35,950 bases of DNA, taken from positions 1 to 35,950 of the forward strand of contig JBBQSO010000054.1 of assembly GCA_038213805.1 (NCBI GenBank), in the 5' to 3' direction. The stretch is from Planctomycetota bacterium. Its GTDB lineage: Bacteria > Planctomycetota > UBA11346. Below, one piece after another: positions 25,601 to 34,248 of the stretch. Numbering within the stretch: position 1 is the first letter of the stretch; every line of letters begins with the position of its first letter. A program made the translations under genes and the position numbers. The notes under the pieces are model-generated. The model was not told the DNA's origin and ran no database searches. It worked only from the letters and a program-made list of their open reading frames with translations.

Positions 25601-26826
25601 GGCGCGGGCAGGCGGTGGTACGCGCGCATACGCTCCAGGATCGCCTGGTTCGCCGGTGGGAAGGCGAGGGCGACGAACTCCTCCGGCGTCACCCAGCGCA
25701 ACTCGTCGCTGGCCAGCGGCCGCACCGCGTCGGGAGCGAACAGCCGGCAGCGGTAGACCTGGAAGGCCAGATAGCGGTCTCCGTAATCGTGGGCGTAGGC
25801 GAGCAGCGCACGCGCCGCCAGCAGTTCTCCGCCAAGCTCCTCGCGTAGCTCGCGCGCCAGCGCGGTGCGGTCGTCTTCGCCCGCCTCGCGCTTGCCGCCC
25901 GGCAGTTCCCAGAAACCACCCACGTGGCTGCCGGCGCGGCGGCGCGCGACCAGATAGCGGCCCTCATGGTGGATGAGTCCAAGCACGATGCGCAGGCGCG
26001 GCTTGGACCGGTCGGTGATGACGGCGCCGTACGCGCGCTTCGTCACTTCGACCTTGAGCGGATTGGCGGTGGCAGCGATACGCTCGCCGTCGCCGCACGC
26101 CGCGCAGCGGCCCGCCCACGGACAGGCCGCGCAGTCGGCGCGGCGCGCACTGCACACCACCGCGCCGAGCTCCATCAGCGCGTTGTTGTAAGCGACCGGC
26201 TGCTCCTGGTCGACCTGGGTCGCCACGTGCGCCCACAGCGCGGCGCGGTCGAGCGGCAGCCCCAGGGCATCGCGCCGCGCGTAGACGCGCGCCACATTGG
26301 TATCGACCACCGCCACGGCGCGGCCGAAGGCGAAGCACGCTACCGCTGCGGCGGTGTACGGCCCCAGGCCGGGCAGCTCGCGCAGTCCGTCGACGGTGTC
26401 TGGCCAGCGCCCGCCGCGCTCCAGCACCACCCGGCAGGCGGCCTGCAGGCGCTCGACGCGGCTGGGATAGCCGAGACCCTTCCAGGCGCGGTGGATGGCG
26501 TCGAGGGAGGCGGCGGCAAGCGCGCGCTCATCCGGGAACAGCTCCAGGAAGCGCGTGTAGAACGGCACCACGCGGTCGACCTGGGTCTGCTGCAGCATGA
26601 CCTCCGAGACCAGCACGTGGTAGGGATCGCGGGTGGTGCGCCAGGGCAGCGCACGCGCCACCCGCGCGTACCAGGCGAGCAGCTCCGCCTGCGGCGTAGT
26701 CGTGGTCGACGCGTCCGCGCGCTCCTCTGCAAAGGCGATGCGTTCCTGCCGCGCGCGCACGGGCGCGCTGGCCGGTCGCGCCGCCGACGCCGGCTTCCCG
26801 GCCGCTCCAGCGACGCGCCGGCTCAT
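25597..26826 (-). CDS. mutY: A/G-specific adenine glycosylase MutY with a C-terminal Nudix (MutT-like) domain
   Basis: LPWR...PY.VLVSEVMLQQTQV, W.GLGY..R, HhH LPGLGPYTA.AV, VDTNV.RV, [4Fe-4S] motif C-X6-C-X2-C-X5-C, Nudix box GKREAGEDDRTALARELREELG. ATG at 26826 overlaps the upstream TGA. Confidence 0.93.
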   Translation of the reverse strand: MSRRVAGAAGKPASAARPASAPVRARQERIAFAEERADASTTTTPQAELLAWYARVARALPWRTTRDPYHVLVSEVMLQQTQVDRVVPFYTRFLELFPDERALAAASLDAIHRAWKGLGYPSRVERLQAACRVVLERGGRWPDTVDGLRELPGLGPYTAAAVACFAFGRAVAVVDTNVARVYARRDALGLPLDRAALWAHVATQVDQEQPVAYNNALMELGAVVCSARRADCAACPWAGRCAACGDGERIAATANPLKVEVTKRAYGAVITDRSKPRLRIVLGLIHHEGRYLVARRRAGSHVGGFWELPGGKREAGEDDRTALARELREELGGELLAARALLAYAHDYGDRYLAFQVYRCRLFAPDAVRPLASDELRWVTPEEFVALAFPPANQAILERMRAYHRLPAP

Positions 26827-27209
26827 TCCTCTATCCCGCTCCACGACACGAACTCCAGTTCGGTGCGCTCCTCGCTCTTCGGCACCTGGAATTGCAGGTA
26901 ATCGCAGGTGAACCAGCGCGGGCTGTCGTCACGCAGGTAGCCGAGTTTGACCAGTCCATCGGGGATGGGCTTGGCACCGCCGACCAGGTTGGCGAAGTCG
27001 ATCAGGCGGTTGCGGTAGCTGCGCAGGTACATGCGCACCGGGTAGGACGGTGGGTCGCGCGGCGGCAACTGCGCGCGCAGCAGAATGAACCAAGTGTCGC
27101 GCTCGCGCGTGTAGATGCTCCAGTGCGCATACTGCGAGGTGTTCTGGCTGGGCACGCGGCGGCGCACCACGATCACCCGGCCGCAGGGGCGTTCGGCTTC
27201 AATGTCCAT
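26823..27209 (-). CDS. RusA-like Holliday junction resolvase homolog
   Basis: N-terminal PSQN and R..IDFANLVGGAKPIPDGLVKLGYLRDDS resemble the RusA D-x-D-N..K...D.L...G...DD signature; 128 aa. Confidence 0.6.
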   Translation of the reverse strand: MDIEAERPCGRVIVVRRRVPSQNTSQYAHWSIYTRERDTWFILLRAQLPPRDPPSYPVRMYLRSYRNRLIDFANLVGGAKPIPDGLVKLGYLRDDSPRWFTCDYLQFQVPKSEERTELEFVSWSGIEE

Positions 27210-27951
27210 GCTGCTGCTGGGCGGGCAGCCCTGCGCGCGGCGCGATGAAGCGCGGTTGCGTCCAACAGGTGCCGCCGGCTGAACGGATCACCAAACGCAC
27301 ATAGGCCTCGTTGCCGCGATCAGCCCAGCTGCCCTCCACGCCCTGCTGGCGCGCAGCCTCGTATCCACCGCGCACGATCACCGTGGCTTCGGCGTCTACA
27401 CCAGTGCGCCAGGCGACACCAGCGCGGTCCTCGTCGAGGCGCTCGAGCGCGAGCCCCTCTTCACAGGCGAAGTTGCCGTAGGCCAGCGCGGACAGCACCG
27501 CGCCGGGGTGCGCGGTCAGACAGGCGCAGGCGATGCGCCCGCGCAGCCCGTAGACCGGCAGGCCGAGCGACAGCACCGCATCCCACGACGCCTCATCGGC
27601 CGCGTCGGCGAGGGCGAACAACCGCGCCCCCTCGGCGAGGGCGATCTGCGCCGGTGGGAAGATCGCAGGATTGAGGAGGACGAGCAGTGCACCGCTACCG
27701 CGCAGCGCGCGCTCGAGGCGCGCCAGCGCGCCCGTCGCGGACTCGCTGGGCTCTGCCGCGGGAAGTTCCAGGGGCTCTGCAGCGATGACCTGGAGGCGGA
27801 GATGGCGATCGGAGCAAGGCCGTTCGAGCACCTGCGTCCACAGCGCGCACAGCTCGCGCCCACCATCACCGAGCACCGGGATGCGCCCCGCACGCTGCGC
27901 CGCGGGATCGAGGGGTTCGCAGGTGGCGCGCACAGCAGGACCATAGTCCAC
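27199..27951 (-). CDS. Hypothetical protein, degenerate PHP-domain (CehA/McbA-like) homolog
   Basis: WDAVLSLGLPVYG...VLSALAYGNF...G, YVRL.I....G.CWTQP resemble the CehA/McbA C-terminal region; no metal-binding His motifs. Start uncertain (GTG at 27951 or 27933). Confidence 0.5.
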   Translation of the reverse strand: MDYGPAVRATCEPLDPAAQRAGRIPVLGDGGRELCALWTQVLERPCSDRHLRLQVIAAEPLELPAAEPSESATGALARLERALRGSGALLVLLNPAIFPPAQIALAEGARLFALADAADEASWDAVLSLGLPVYGLRGRIACACLTAHPGAVLSALAYGNFACEEGLALERLDEDRAGVAWRTGVDAEATVIVRGGYEAARQQGVEGSWADRGNEAYVRLVIRSAGGTCWTQPRFIAPRAGLPAQQQHGH

Positions 27952-28017
27952 GCGTGCGCAGCTGGAAGGACCGAGGGACAGCGGCCACAGCGTCGGAAGC
28001 GCCTCGCGGTGCCGGGT

Positions 28018-28240
28018 CCAGGGGCGGCCGCGCCCCTGGCGGGGCGTAGCGGGGCAGCGCCCCGCGAACAACGGTCCCCCGAGCACGCTCGCGCGTGCGA
28101 GCGGGGACCAGGCCTGGTCGAGCGCAGCGAGACGCGGCGGCGCAGCCGCCGCCGCTCGCGACGGACGGCGCGCCCCGCGCCGCAGGCGCAGCCTGCCCCG
28201 CCGCAGGCGGGATCCGCCGCGAGCGCAGGCCGGCAGGCCG
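28018..28240. repeat. Cluster of GC-rich hairpins (REP/BIME-like or ssDNA-structure element)
   Basis: ccaggggcg-gccg-cgcccctgg; gcggggc-agc-gccccgc; cgctcgc-gcgt-gcgagcg; gaccaggcctggtc; gcggcggc-GCA-gccgccgc; gcaggc-GCA-gcctgc; cccgcc-GCA-ggcggg. Confidence 0.6.
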
Positions 28241-28246
28241 GCAGCG

Positions 28247-28615
28247 CTAGAGGGGCTTCCGCCTATAGAGCAGGATCACCTCCTGCGCATCCGGAGCGAA
28301 CTGCATCATCTTGTCGAGCTGGGTGATCTTGAACAACGGCATGATTGCGGGCTTGACCCCGGTGATCGCCATGCGCCCCTTGCTGAGCTTGATGACGTTC
28401 TTGTAGACCGCGACCAGCTTGCCCAGCATCGCCGACGAGAGGAATCCCACCTCGCTCAGCTCAAGGATGAGGCTGATGTGCATGTGCTTGTCCACCAAGC
28501 TGTTGAGCTCATCGGCCAATGCGTTTATGCTGATCGGATCAAGCAGTCGATCCTTCGTGACCCTGGCCAGGACGATCTTGTCGTAGCGCTCAACGGTCAG
28601 GAAGTCACAGGGCAT
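28247..28615 (-). CDS. STAS-domain anti-sigma factor antagonist
   Basis: LILELSEVGFLSSAMLGKLV (phosphorylatable Ser position), I.PLFKITQLD. Confidence 0.88.
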   Translation of the reverse strand: MPCDFLTVERYDKIVLARVTKDRLLDPISINALADELNSLVDKHMHISLILELSEVGFLSSAMLGKLVAVYKNVIKLSKGRMAITGVKPAIMPLFKITQLDKMMQFAPDAQEVILLYRRKPL

Positions 28616-28621
28616 GGATCC

Positions 28622-29107
28622 TCAGGGGCTTTCAGGTGTGGCGGCGGCAGGGCGATCGGCACGTTGGCGGGCCAGCCACGCGCAGGCCCCACGTTCATAG
28701 TACACCAGATCCGCGAGCCATTCCTTCATGATCCTGATGCCGCGCCCATGCTCCAGCAGCAGGCTCGCCGGATCCTCGGGATCGGGCAGGGAAGCGGGAT
28801 CGAAGCCATGCCCCTGGTCGCGCACCGTCATCACCCAGCGCCCGGCGTCGTCAGCGAATAGCGCAACCACGACCGACAGCGTGGGATCGCCCTCGTTGCC
28901 GTGCAGCATGGCATTGACCACCACCTCATCGAGGACCAGAACCGCCCACGGTTCCTCTTCGGCAGTGATGAAACCGCGCCCAAGCAGCTCGGCAACCAGG
29001 GTGTCGAGAACCTCCTGCTTGTGGTCGATGCGCGATGGCCAGCTGCGCGCGAACAGGCACCCGCCGATGGGCGGTGGCGGACCGGGGAGGACTGCGAGGG
29101 GAGTCAC
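28622..29107 (-). CDS. RsbW/SpoIIAB-like anti-sigma factor / Ser kinase (HATPase_c_2)
   Basis: LVLDEVVVNAMLHGN, VRDQGHGFD..SLPDP, EHGRGI.IM. Probable GTG start at 29107. Confidence 0.87.
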   Translation of the reverse strand: MTPLAVLPGPPPPIGGCLFARSWPSRIDHKQEVLDTLVAELLGRGFITAEEEPWAVLVLDEVVVNAMLHGNEGDPTLSVVVALFADDAGRWVMTVRDQGHGFDPASLPDPEDPASLLLEHGRGIRIMKEWLADLVYYERGACAWLARQRADRPAAATPESP

Positions 29108-29214
29108 GGACGGCCACCGGTGCGGAGTGCCTGGAAACCGTGGGCGCGCGTTCCCGCCGGGGTGGCGAACCCGCGCCGGGATTGCGGTTGCGGTTGCCGC
29201 GCCGGCAGCGCGGT

Positions 29215-29238
29215 CACTCCGCACTCCGCACTCCGCAC
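29215..29238. repeat. Heptamer tandem repeat (CACTCCG)x3 with an inverted copy at 29119-29130
   Basis: cactccg cactccg cactccg cac; ggtgcggagtgc (29119-29130) is the reverse complement of gcactccgcacc (29228-29239). Confidence 0.7.
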
Positions 29239-29251
29239 CCGAGGATCCGTC

Positions 29252-30523
29252 TCACAACCGCTCCACGACGATGAGCGTCAGGTCATCCAGCGGTGGCCTA
29301 CCCGCAAGGTGCTGCTTGAGCGTGTTGATCACCCCGGCGCACACCGCGCTCGCGCCCTCCGGTGCCTTTGCGGCGATAACCTCGCGCAGCGGATCCATGC
29401 CCCACGGGCAGTACTCGCCCTCGCACTGCGCCTCGAAGATGCCGTCGGTGAACAGCAGCAGCAGGTCGCCCTTCACCAATGGCCGCATCACGCAGGATGC
29501 GCCATAACGCGCGTCGTCCATCATGCCCAGCGGGATGCCGCTACTCTCGCTGTCCGGCGCAAAGCCGTCGGCGAGGTGGTAGATGAGCGGCGGCTCGTGG
29601 CCAGCCGACACGTAGCTGACATGGCCGTCGTCCGCAAGTCGGCATAGCACCAGCGACATGAAGCCATCGTCGTGCATGTCCTCCTCGAGCAGCCGGTTCA
29701 GGCGCGTGATGATCTCGCCTGGCTCGTCGATCTGCTCGTGCAGCGCGCGCAGGAAGGCGCGCGCGGTGCTCATCAGCAGGGCCGCGGCGATGCCGTGCCC
29801 GCTGACGTCTCCGATCACCGCATCAAGGCCGCCGCCGCGCACCGGAATGAAATCGAAGTAGTCGCCGCCAGTGCGGTCGCAGGACTGGTAATAGGTGGCG
29901 ATGCGCCAGTGCTGGTGCTGTGGAGGCGCCGCCGGCAGCAGACCGAGCTGGATCTGCCGGGCGAGCTCCATGTCGCGCGCGAGGCGCTGGCGCTCAAGAT
30001 CGCGCAGCACCAGCTGGGCGTTGCTGATCGCCACCGCGGCGCTGCCGCACAGCGCGCCGAGCACCTGTTCATCGTAATCGCTGAAGGGCTCGCCGCTGCG
30101 CTTATTCAGCGCCTGGATCACGCCGACCACGGCGCCCTCGTGATCGGTGAGGGGCATGCACAGGATGCTGCGGGTCGTGTAACCGCTGCGCAGATCGTTG
30201 TCAGGGTTGAAGCGCTCATCGTGGTAGGCGTCGGCGATGTTGACGGTGCTCGCGTTCGCGGCCACCACGCCGGCGATGCCGCTGCCCAGGGGCATGCGGA
30301 TCGGCGCCGCGCCTTGCGAAATGCGCGTCCACAACTCGGCGCGTTCGCGATCGACCACGAACAGCCTGCTGCGGTCGGCCGCCACCAGATCGGTGACGGC
30401 CGCGACGATGAGGTCGAGCAAACGATCAAGATTGCGCTCGCTGCCCATGGAGCGCGAGATTCGCATGATGGTCTGCAGGTCGTGGGCCAGCCGGGCCGGA
30501 TCGGTGTCCATGCCGGGTAGCAT
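29252..30523 (-). CDS. GAF + PP2C (SpoIIE/RsbU-like) phosphatase
   Basis: GAF: GIAG.VA...NI.DAY.D.RFN...D..SGY.TRSILCMP...GVIQALNK..F...DE. PP2C: GGDYFD, IGDVSGHG..AALLM, AGHEPP, FTDGI.EA, DDLT. Alternative start at 30511. Confidence 0.92.
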   Translation of the reverse strand: MLPGMDTDPARLAHDLQTIMRISRSMGSERNLDRLLDLIVAAVTDLVAADRSRLFVVDRERAELWTRISQGAAPIRMPLGSGIAGVVAANASTVNIADAYHDERFNPDNDLRSGYTTRSILCMPLTDHEGAVVGVIQALNKRSGEPFSDYDEQVLGALCGSAAVAISNAQLVLRDLERQRLARDMELARQIQLGLLPAAPPQHQHWRIATYYQSCDRTGGDYFDFIPVRGGGLDAVIGDVSGHGIAAALLMSTARAFLRALHEQIDEPGEIITRLNRLLEEDMHDDGFMSLVLCRLADDGHVSYVSAGHEPPLIYHLADGFAPDSESSGIPLGMMDDARYGASCVMRPLVKGDLLLLFTDGIFEAQCEGEYCPWGMDPLREVIAAKAPEGASAVCAGVINTLKQHLAGRPPLDDLTLIVVERL

Positions 30524-30585
30524 ACCCCAGGTAACACGGCGGCGCCTCGGCGCGCAGGCCTACGCTTAGACGCGCAGGTCGGCGG

Positions 30586-32070
30586 TCAGGGCGGGAAGCC
30601 ACCGTTGCTGCGCGAGGTCCCACCCGTCGGCGGGGCCGCCGGGAAGGGGCTGCTGGGCGCCGCGGGCGTGGTCGCGCGCGCCGGCGCAGGGAAACCGCCA
30701 GGCGAGGTGCTGCCTGGGAAGCTGCCACCAGGAGCCGGGGTGCTGCCCGGGAAGGCGCCACCCGGCGTCGGGTAAGAGCCCGGCGTGGGATAGCCGCCAG
30801 GCGCGGGCGCGGGGGCCGGGGCGGGGAAGCTGGTCGGACCGTTGCCCAGGGGCGCGGGCAAGGTGCCGCCCCCACTCTTGGCCTTGCCCGGCAGCTTCAG
30901 CTTCTGGCCGATGCGCAGGTGGCTGCTGTCGACGCCGGGATTGAGCTCGGCGATCTTCCTGGCCAGCGCCTTATTGCCCAGCTCCTTGGTGGCAATGATG
31001 TCGAAAGTGTCTTTCGCCTTGACCACGTACTCGCCGGCGCCTTCGGGCACGCCGAGGGGGATGGGGGCCGGGGCCGGAAGAGCGCCGGTGTCCTTGGGCG
31101 CGGTGCCTGCGATCTCGGGCAGCACCAGCTTATCGCCGACCTTCAGGCCTTCGGGATCGACGCCGGGGTTGGCCTTGACGATCTCGCGCCACTTGGTGGT
31201 GGTGCCGTAATGTTTCTTGCTGATATCGCTGAGGGTCTCACCCGCGGCGACGATGTGGAACTTGCCCGCACCACCATCGCTGGCACCAGGCCCGACCGGC
31301 GGCGTGGGCTTGTCGTCGATGGTCTTGCCGGCGGGCAGCTTGATGACCTGCCCCTCGTGGAGATCCTCGGAGGCGATAGTATTGAGCTTCTGCAGCTCTT
31401 TCCAGCGGCTGGCGCTGCCCAGCTCGCGCTTGGCGATGAGGTAGTAGGTCTCGCCCTTCTTGACCTTGTAGGTGCGCTCACCCGGATTGGTCGACGGCGG
31501 CAGCTCGCCGACCTTGGGCGTCACCGGCGCGGCGGCGATGACCGGGATGGTCAGCTTCTGGCCGACCTGCAGCTCGTTCGGATCGACCTTGTTGGCCTCG
31601 GCGATCTTCTTCCAGTTCTTCGAAGTATTGTAGTACTTCATGCTGATGTCGCCGAGCGTCTCGTTCGCGGCGACAATGTGGGTCTTGGCCTCGCTAGCGA
31701 CAGGCGGCAGCGGGTCGAGCGGCGGAATGGGCGTCGGCGGCGTCGGCGGGAAGTTCTGCGGCTGCGACGGATTGAACGAGTTGGTCGACGGCGGCTGCTG
31801 GCCTAATCCCGGGCCCGTGGGCGGCAGCGGAGGCTGCTGGGTGAAGTTGTTGAAATTTGACGGCGGGGTGTTGCCCAATCCACCGGGCAGATCGCCGGGC
31901 AGGCCATTGTTGTCGGGGCTTGGCGGACTGGGCGCGGCGGGTAGCGGATCGTTGTTCGCCAGGTCCAGCGGCTGCGGGGCGCTCTTGTGCTTGGGCACGA
32001 CGAAGGCGACCGTGACCAGCCCGAGGCAGGCGGCGACGATGGCTCCGGCGATGATGACATCTTTGGACAT
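30586..32070 (-). CDS. Membrane-anchored protein with four LysM domains and Pro-rich linkers
   Basis: N-terminal TM; four LysM units (HIVAANETLGDIS..YY...WKKI.EAN...L.VGQKL.IP and similar); C-terminal PGGYPT/PGSYPT/PGGSFP repeats. Confidence 0.92.
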   Translation of the reverse strand: MSKDVIIAGAIVAACLGLVTVAFVVPKHKSAPQPLDLANNDPLPAAPSPPSPDNNGLPGDLPGGLGNTPPSNFNNFTQQPPLPPTGPGLGQQPPSTNSFNPSQPQNFPPTPPTPIPPLDPLPPVASEAKTHIVAANETLGDISMKYYNTSKNWKKIAEANKVDPNELQVGQKLTIPVIAAAPVTPKVGELPPSTNPGERTYKVKKGETYYLIAKRELGSASRWKELQKLNTIASEDLHEGQVIKLPAGKTIDDKPTPPVGPGASDGGAGKFHIVAAGETLSDISKKHYGTTTKWREIVKANPGVDPEGLKVGDKLVLPEIAGTAPKDTGALPAPAPIPLGVPEGAGEYVVKAKDTFDIIATKELGNKALARKIAELNPGVDSSHLRIGQKLKLPGKAKSGGGTLPAPLGNGPTSFPAPAPAPAPGGYPTPGSYPTPGGAFPGSTPAPGGSFPGSTSPGGFPAPARATTPAAPSSPFPAAPPTGGTSRSNGGFPP

Positions 32071-32305
32071 GGGTGCCCTTCTGGCGGCTCACGAGCGGGG
32101 ATGCTGACCACGGCGACCGGATCAGACGCGTGCTCTCTGGCGAAGGTCGTGCTTGTACTCCCCCTAAGCGGAAACTCAACCATATGCGAGGCGTCGCCCG
32201 TAGCGCGCGCGCCGCAGTGCGGTTCTGAAGGTCATTTCGCGGTCGATCCCACCCAGATGCCCGCTCGCTGCTTGCGCTGGGGGCGGGCCAGGCCGACAAA
32301 CGCCC

Positions 32306-33049
32306 ATGCTACGCCTGCTGCCGACCTTGGAAGCCGATGGGCCGACGCAGATGGCGACCGACGAGGCGCTGCTTGAGGCAGCCGCCGAGACCACCCTGCG
32401 CCTCTACCAGTGGCGGCCCGCAACGGTCTCTCTGGGTTATTTCCAGGCTTGGGAGGGGATCGCCCCCCACCTGCCGCCGGGCCCCACCGGCCCCCTGCAG
32501 GTAGTGCGGCGCATCACCGGCGGCGGGGCGATCTGGCATGAACACGAGGTCACCTATGCCCTGGTCGGCCAGCTCGGCCGCGATGGCCTGCCCGAGCGCG
32601 TCCGCGACGTCTATCCCCTCCTGCATGGCGCGGTGTTGGCGGAACTGCGCCGGCGGGGCGCCAGCCTCGACCGCCAGGACGCCGATGCCGGCGACCGCCG
32701 CTACCGTGAGGAGCCGCGCTGCTTCGCCAGCCCCGCGGCCGACGACCTGGTGAGCGCCGCCGGCGGCAAGGTGCTGGGCAGCGCCGCGCGCGTGCGCGAG
32801 CGGCGCATCCTGGTACACGGCAGCCTCAAGCTCGCCAGCAACCCCTGGGATGGCGCCGCCGTGGCCGCCTGCGGCCTGCCCTGGGACGAAGCTGCCGGCG
32901 CTGTGCTCACTGGCATCACCACCGCCCTCGGCCTTGCGACCGAGGACGGATTCCTGACGGCCGCCGAGTGCGCCGCTCGGGAGCGCATCCACCGCGAGCG
33001 GTACGGCAACGACGAGTGGGTGCAGCGCCGCGTCGGCCCGCGCGCCTGA
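32306..33049 (+). CDS. Lipoate-protein ligase A / LipM-like octanoyltransferase family
   Basis: MA.DEALL, LRLY.W...TVSLGYFQ, VVRR.TGGGAI.H, CF, KVLGSA, HGSL. Confidence 0.85.
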   Translation: MLRLLPTLEADGPTQMATDEALLEAAAETTLRLYQWRPATVSLGYFQAWEGIAPHLPPGPTGPLQVVRRITGGGAIWHEHEVTYALVGQLGRDGLPERVRDVYPLLHGAVLAELRRRGASLDRQDADAGDRRYREEPRCFASPAADDLVSAAGGKVLGSAARVRERRILVHGSLKLASNPWDGAAVAACGLPWDEAAGAVLTGITTALGLATEDGFLTAAECAARERIHRERYGNDEWVQRRVGPRA

Positions 33050-33094
33050 ATCCACCGCACTGTCCAGGGAAACGTGGTCTCGAGTCTCGCGCCT

Positions 33095-34027
33095 TCAAAC
33101 GACCTGCGCGAAGCCCAGCACATCCCCCGCCTTGTCAAGGTTCTTGAGTTCCGCCCCGGTAATGGTGCGACTGATCATGCCACCCAGGGTCTTGCCTGGG
33201 CCGAGCTCCCAGAACTGGGTGATTCCAGACTGCTGCATGGCCACCACTGAAGCGGCCCAGCGCACCGGCCTGGTGAGCTGCGCCTCAAGCAAGGCGGGGA
33301 TTTCCGCGGCCTTGGTGACGGGCTTGGCCGTGACGTTGGCGTAGACCGGCACGCGCGGGTCGCGGAAGGTGGTGGCGGCGAGCGCGCTGCGCAGGCGCGC
33401 AGCCGCGGGCGCCATCAGCTCGCTGTGGAAGGCACCCGCCACGGCCAGGGCGATGGCCTTGCGGATGCCGTGGTCCTTGGCGGCCGCGCAGGCGCGCTCA
33501 CAGGCTGCCTTGGTGCCGGCGATCACCACCTGCCCGGTGCTGTTGAGGTTCGCGACCTGCAGCACCTCCCCCTGGGCGGCGGCTGCGCAGAGCGTGACGG
33601 CGGCGGCTTCGTCGGCGCCGATCAAAGCCACCATGCCGCTGGGCACCAGTTCGGCTGCGGCCTGCATCGCTTGGCCGCGCAGGCGAACCAGCTTGAGCGC
33701 GTCAGCGAAATCGAGCGCGCCGGCGGCGACCAGAGCGGTGTACTCGCCCAGGCTGAGGCCGGCAACCGCGGCGAAGTCCAGGGGCTTGACCGTGGTGCGC
33801 AGCACCTCAAGGGCCATCAGGCTGACGACCAGGATGGCCGGCTGGCTGATGTCGGTGCGGGTCAACTCATCTTCGGGGCCGTTGGCGATGTAGTCGGACA
33901 GCGCCATGTTCAGCACGCGGTCGGCCTGATCGAGCAGCGCGCGCGCGACCGGGTGCTTTTCGGCGAGCTCCATGCCCATGCCGACGTATTGGGCACCCTG
34001 GCCCGGAAAAACCAGCGCTCGCGCCAT
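33095..34027 (-). CDS. fabD: Malonyl-CoA:ACP transacylase
   Basis: FPGQGAQYVGMG, QPAI, GLSLGEY, RGQAMQ, AN.N..GQVVIAG, GAFHS.LM, WELGPGK.L. Start MARALVF at 34027 with AGGAGG RBS. Confidence 0.96.
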   Translation of the reverse strand: MARALVFPGQGAQYVGMGMELAEKHPVARALLDQADRVLNMALSDYIANGPEDELTRTDISQPAILVVSLMALEVLRTTVKPLDFAAVAGLSLGEYTALVAAGALDFADALKLVRLRGQAMQAAAELVPSGMVALIGADEAAAVTLCAAAAQGEVLQVANLNSTGQVVIAGTKAACERACAAAKDHGIRKAIALAVAGAFHSELMAPAAARLRSALAATTFRDPRVPVYANVTAKPVTKAAEIPALLEAQLTRPVRWAASVVAMQQSGITQFWELGPGKTLGGMISRTITGAELKNLDKAGDVLGFAQVV

Positions 34028-34248
34028 GCGACCTCCTGTGCAGGGGGCGATTCGTAGCGCCGCACCGGCCCGATACCAGTCCCGGGCAACTGGGCGTGCA
34101 GATTCGCCACAGCTGCTGTTGAGATTCAGGGCGGAAGGAAGTCCATTCCAAGGGCTCCAGAGGAAGCTCAAGTGGTTTCAAACAAACATCTTGTGCGACC
34201 ACGAGGGTGCTGGCACGGGGCGTGCGTCCCGGAACCGCGAGGCCCTCC

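Noticed and set aside
30831..30841. tggtcggaccg identical to the tRNA 3' end
   Set aside because: An 11-nt match inside the LysM coding sequence, on the wrong side of the tRNA for an att site.
33745..33765. FabD GLSLG instead of GHSLG
   Set aside because: A common natural variant; catalytic Ser, Arg and the GAFHS His are intact.
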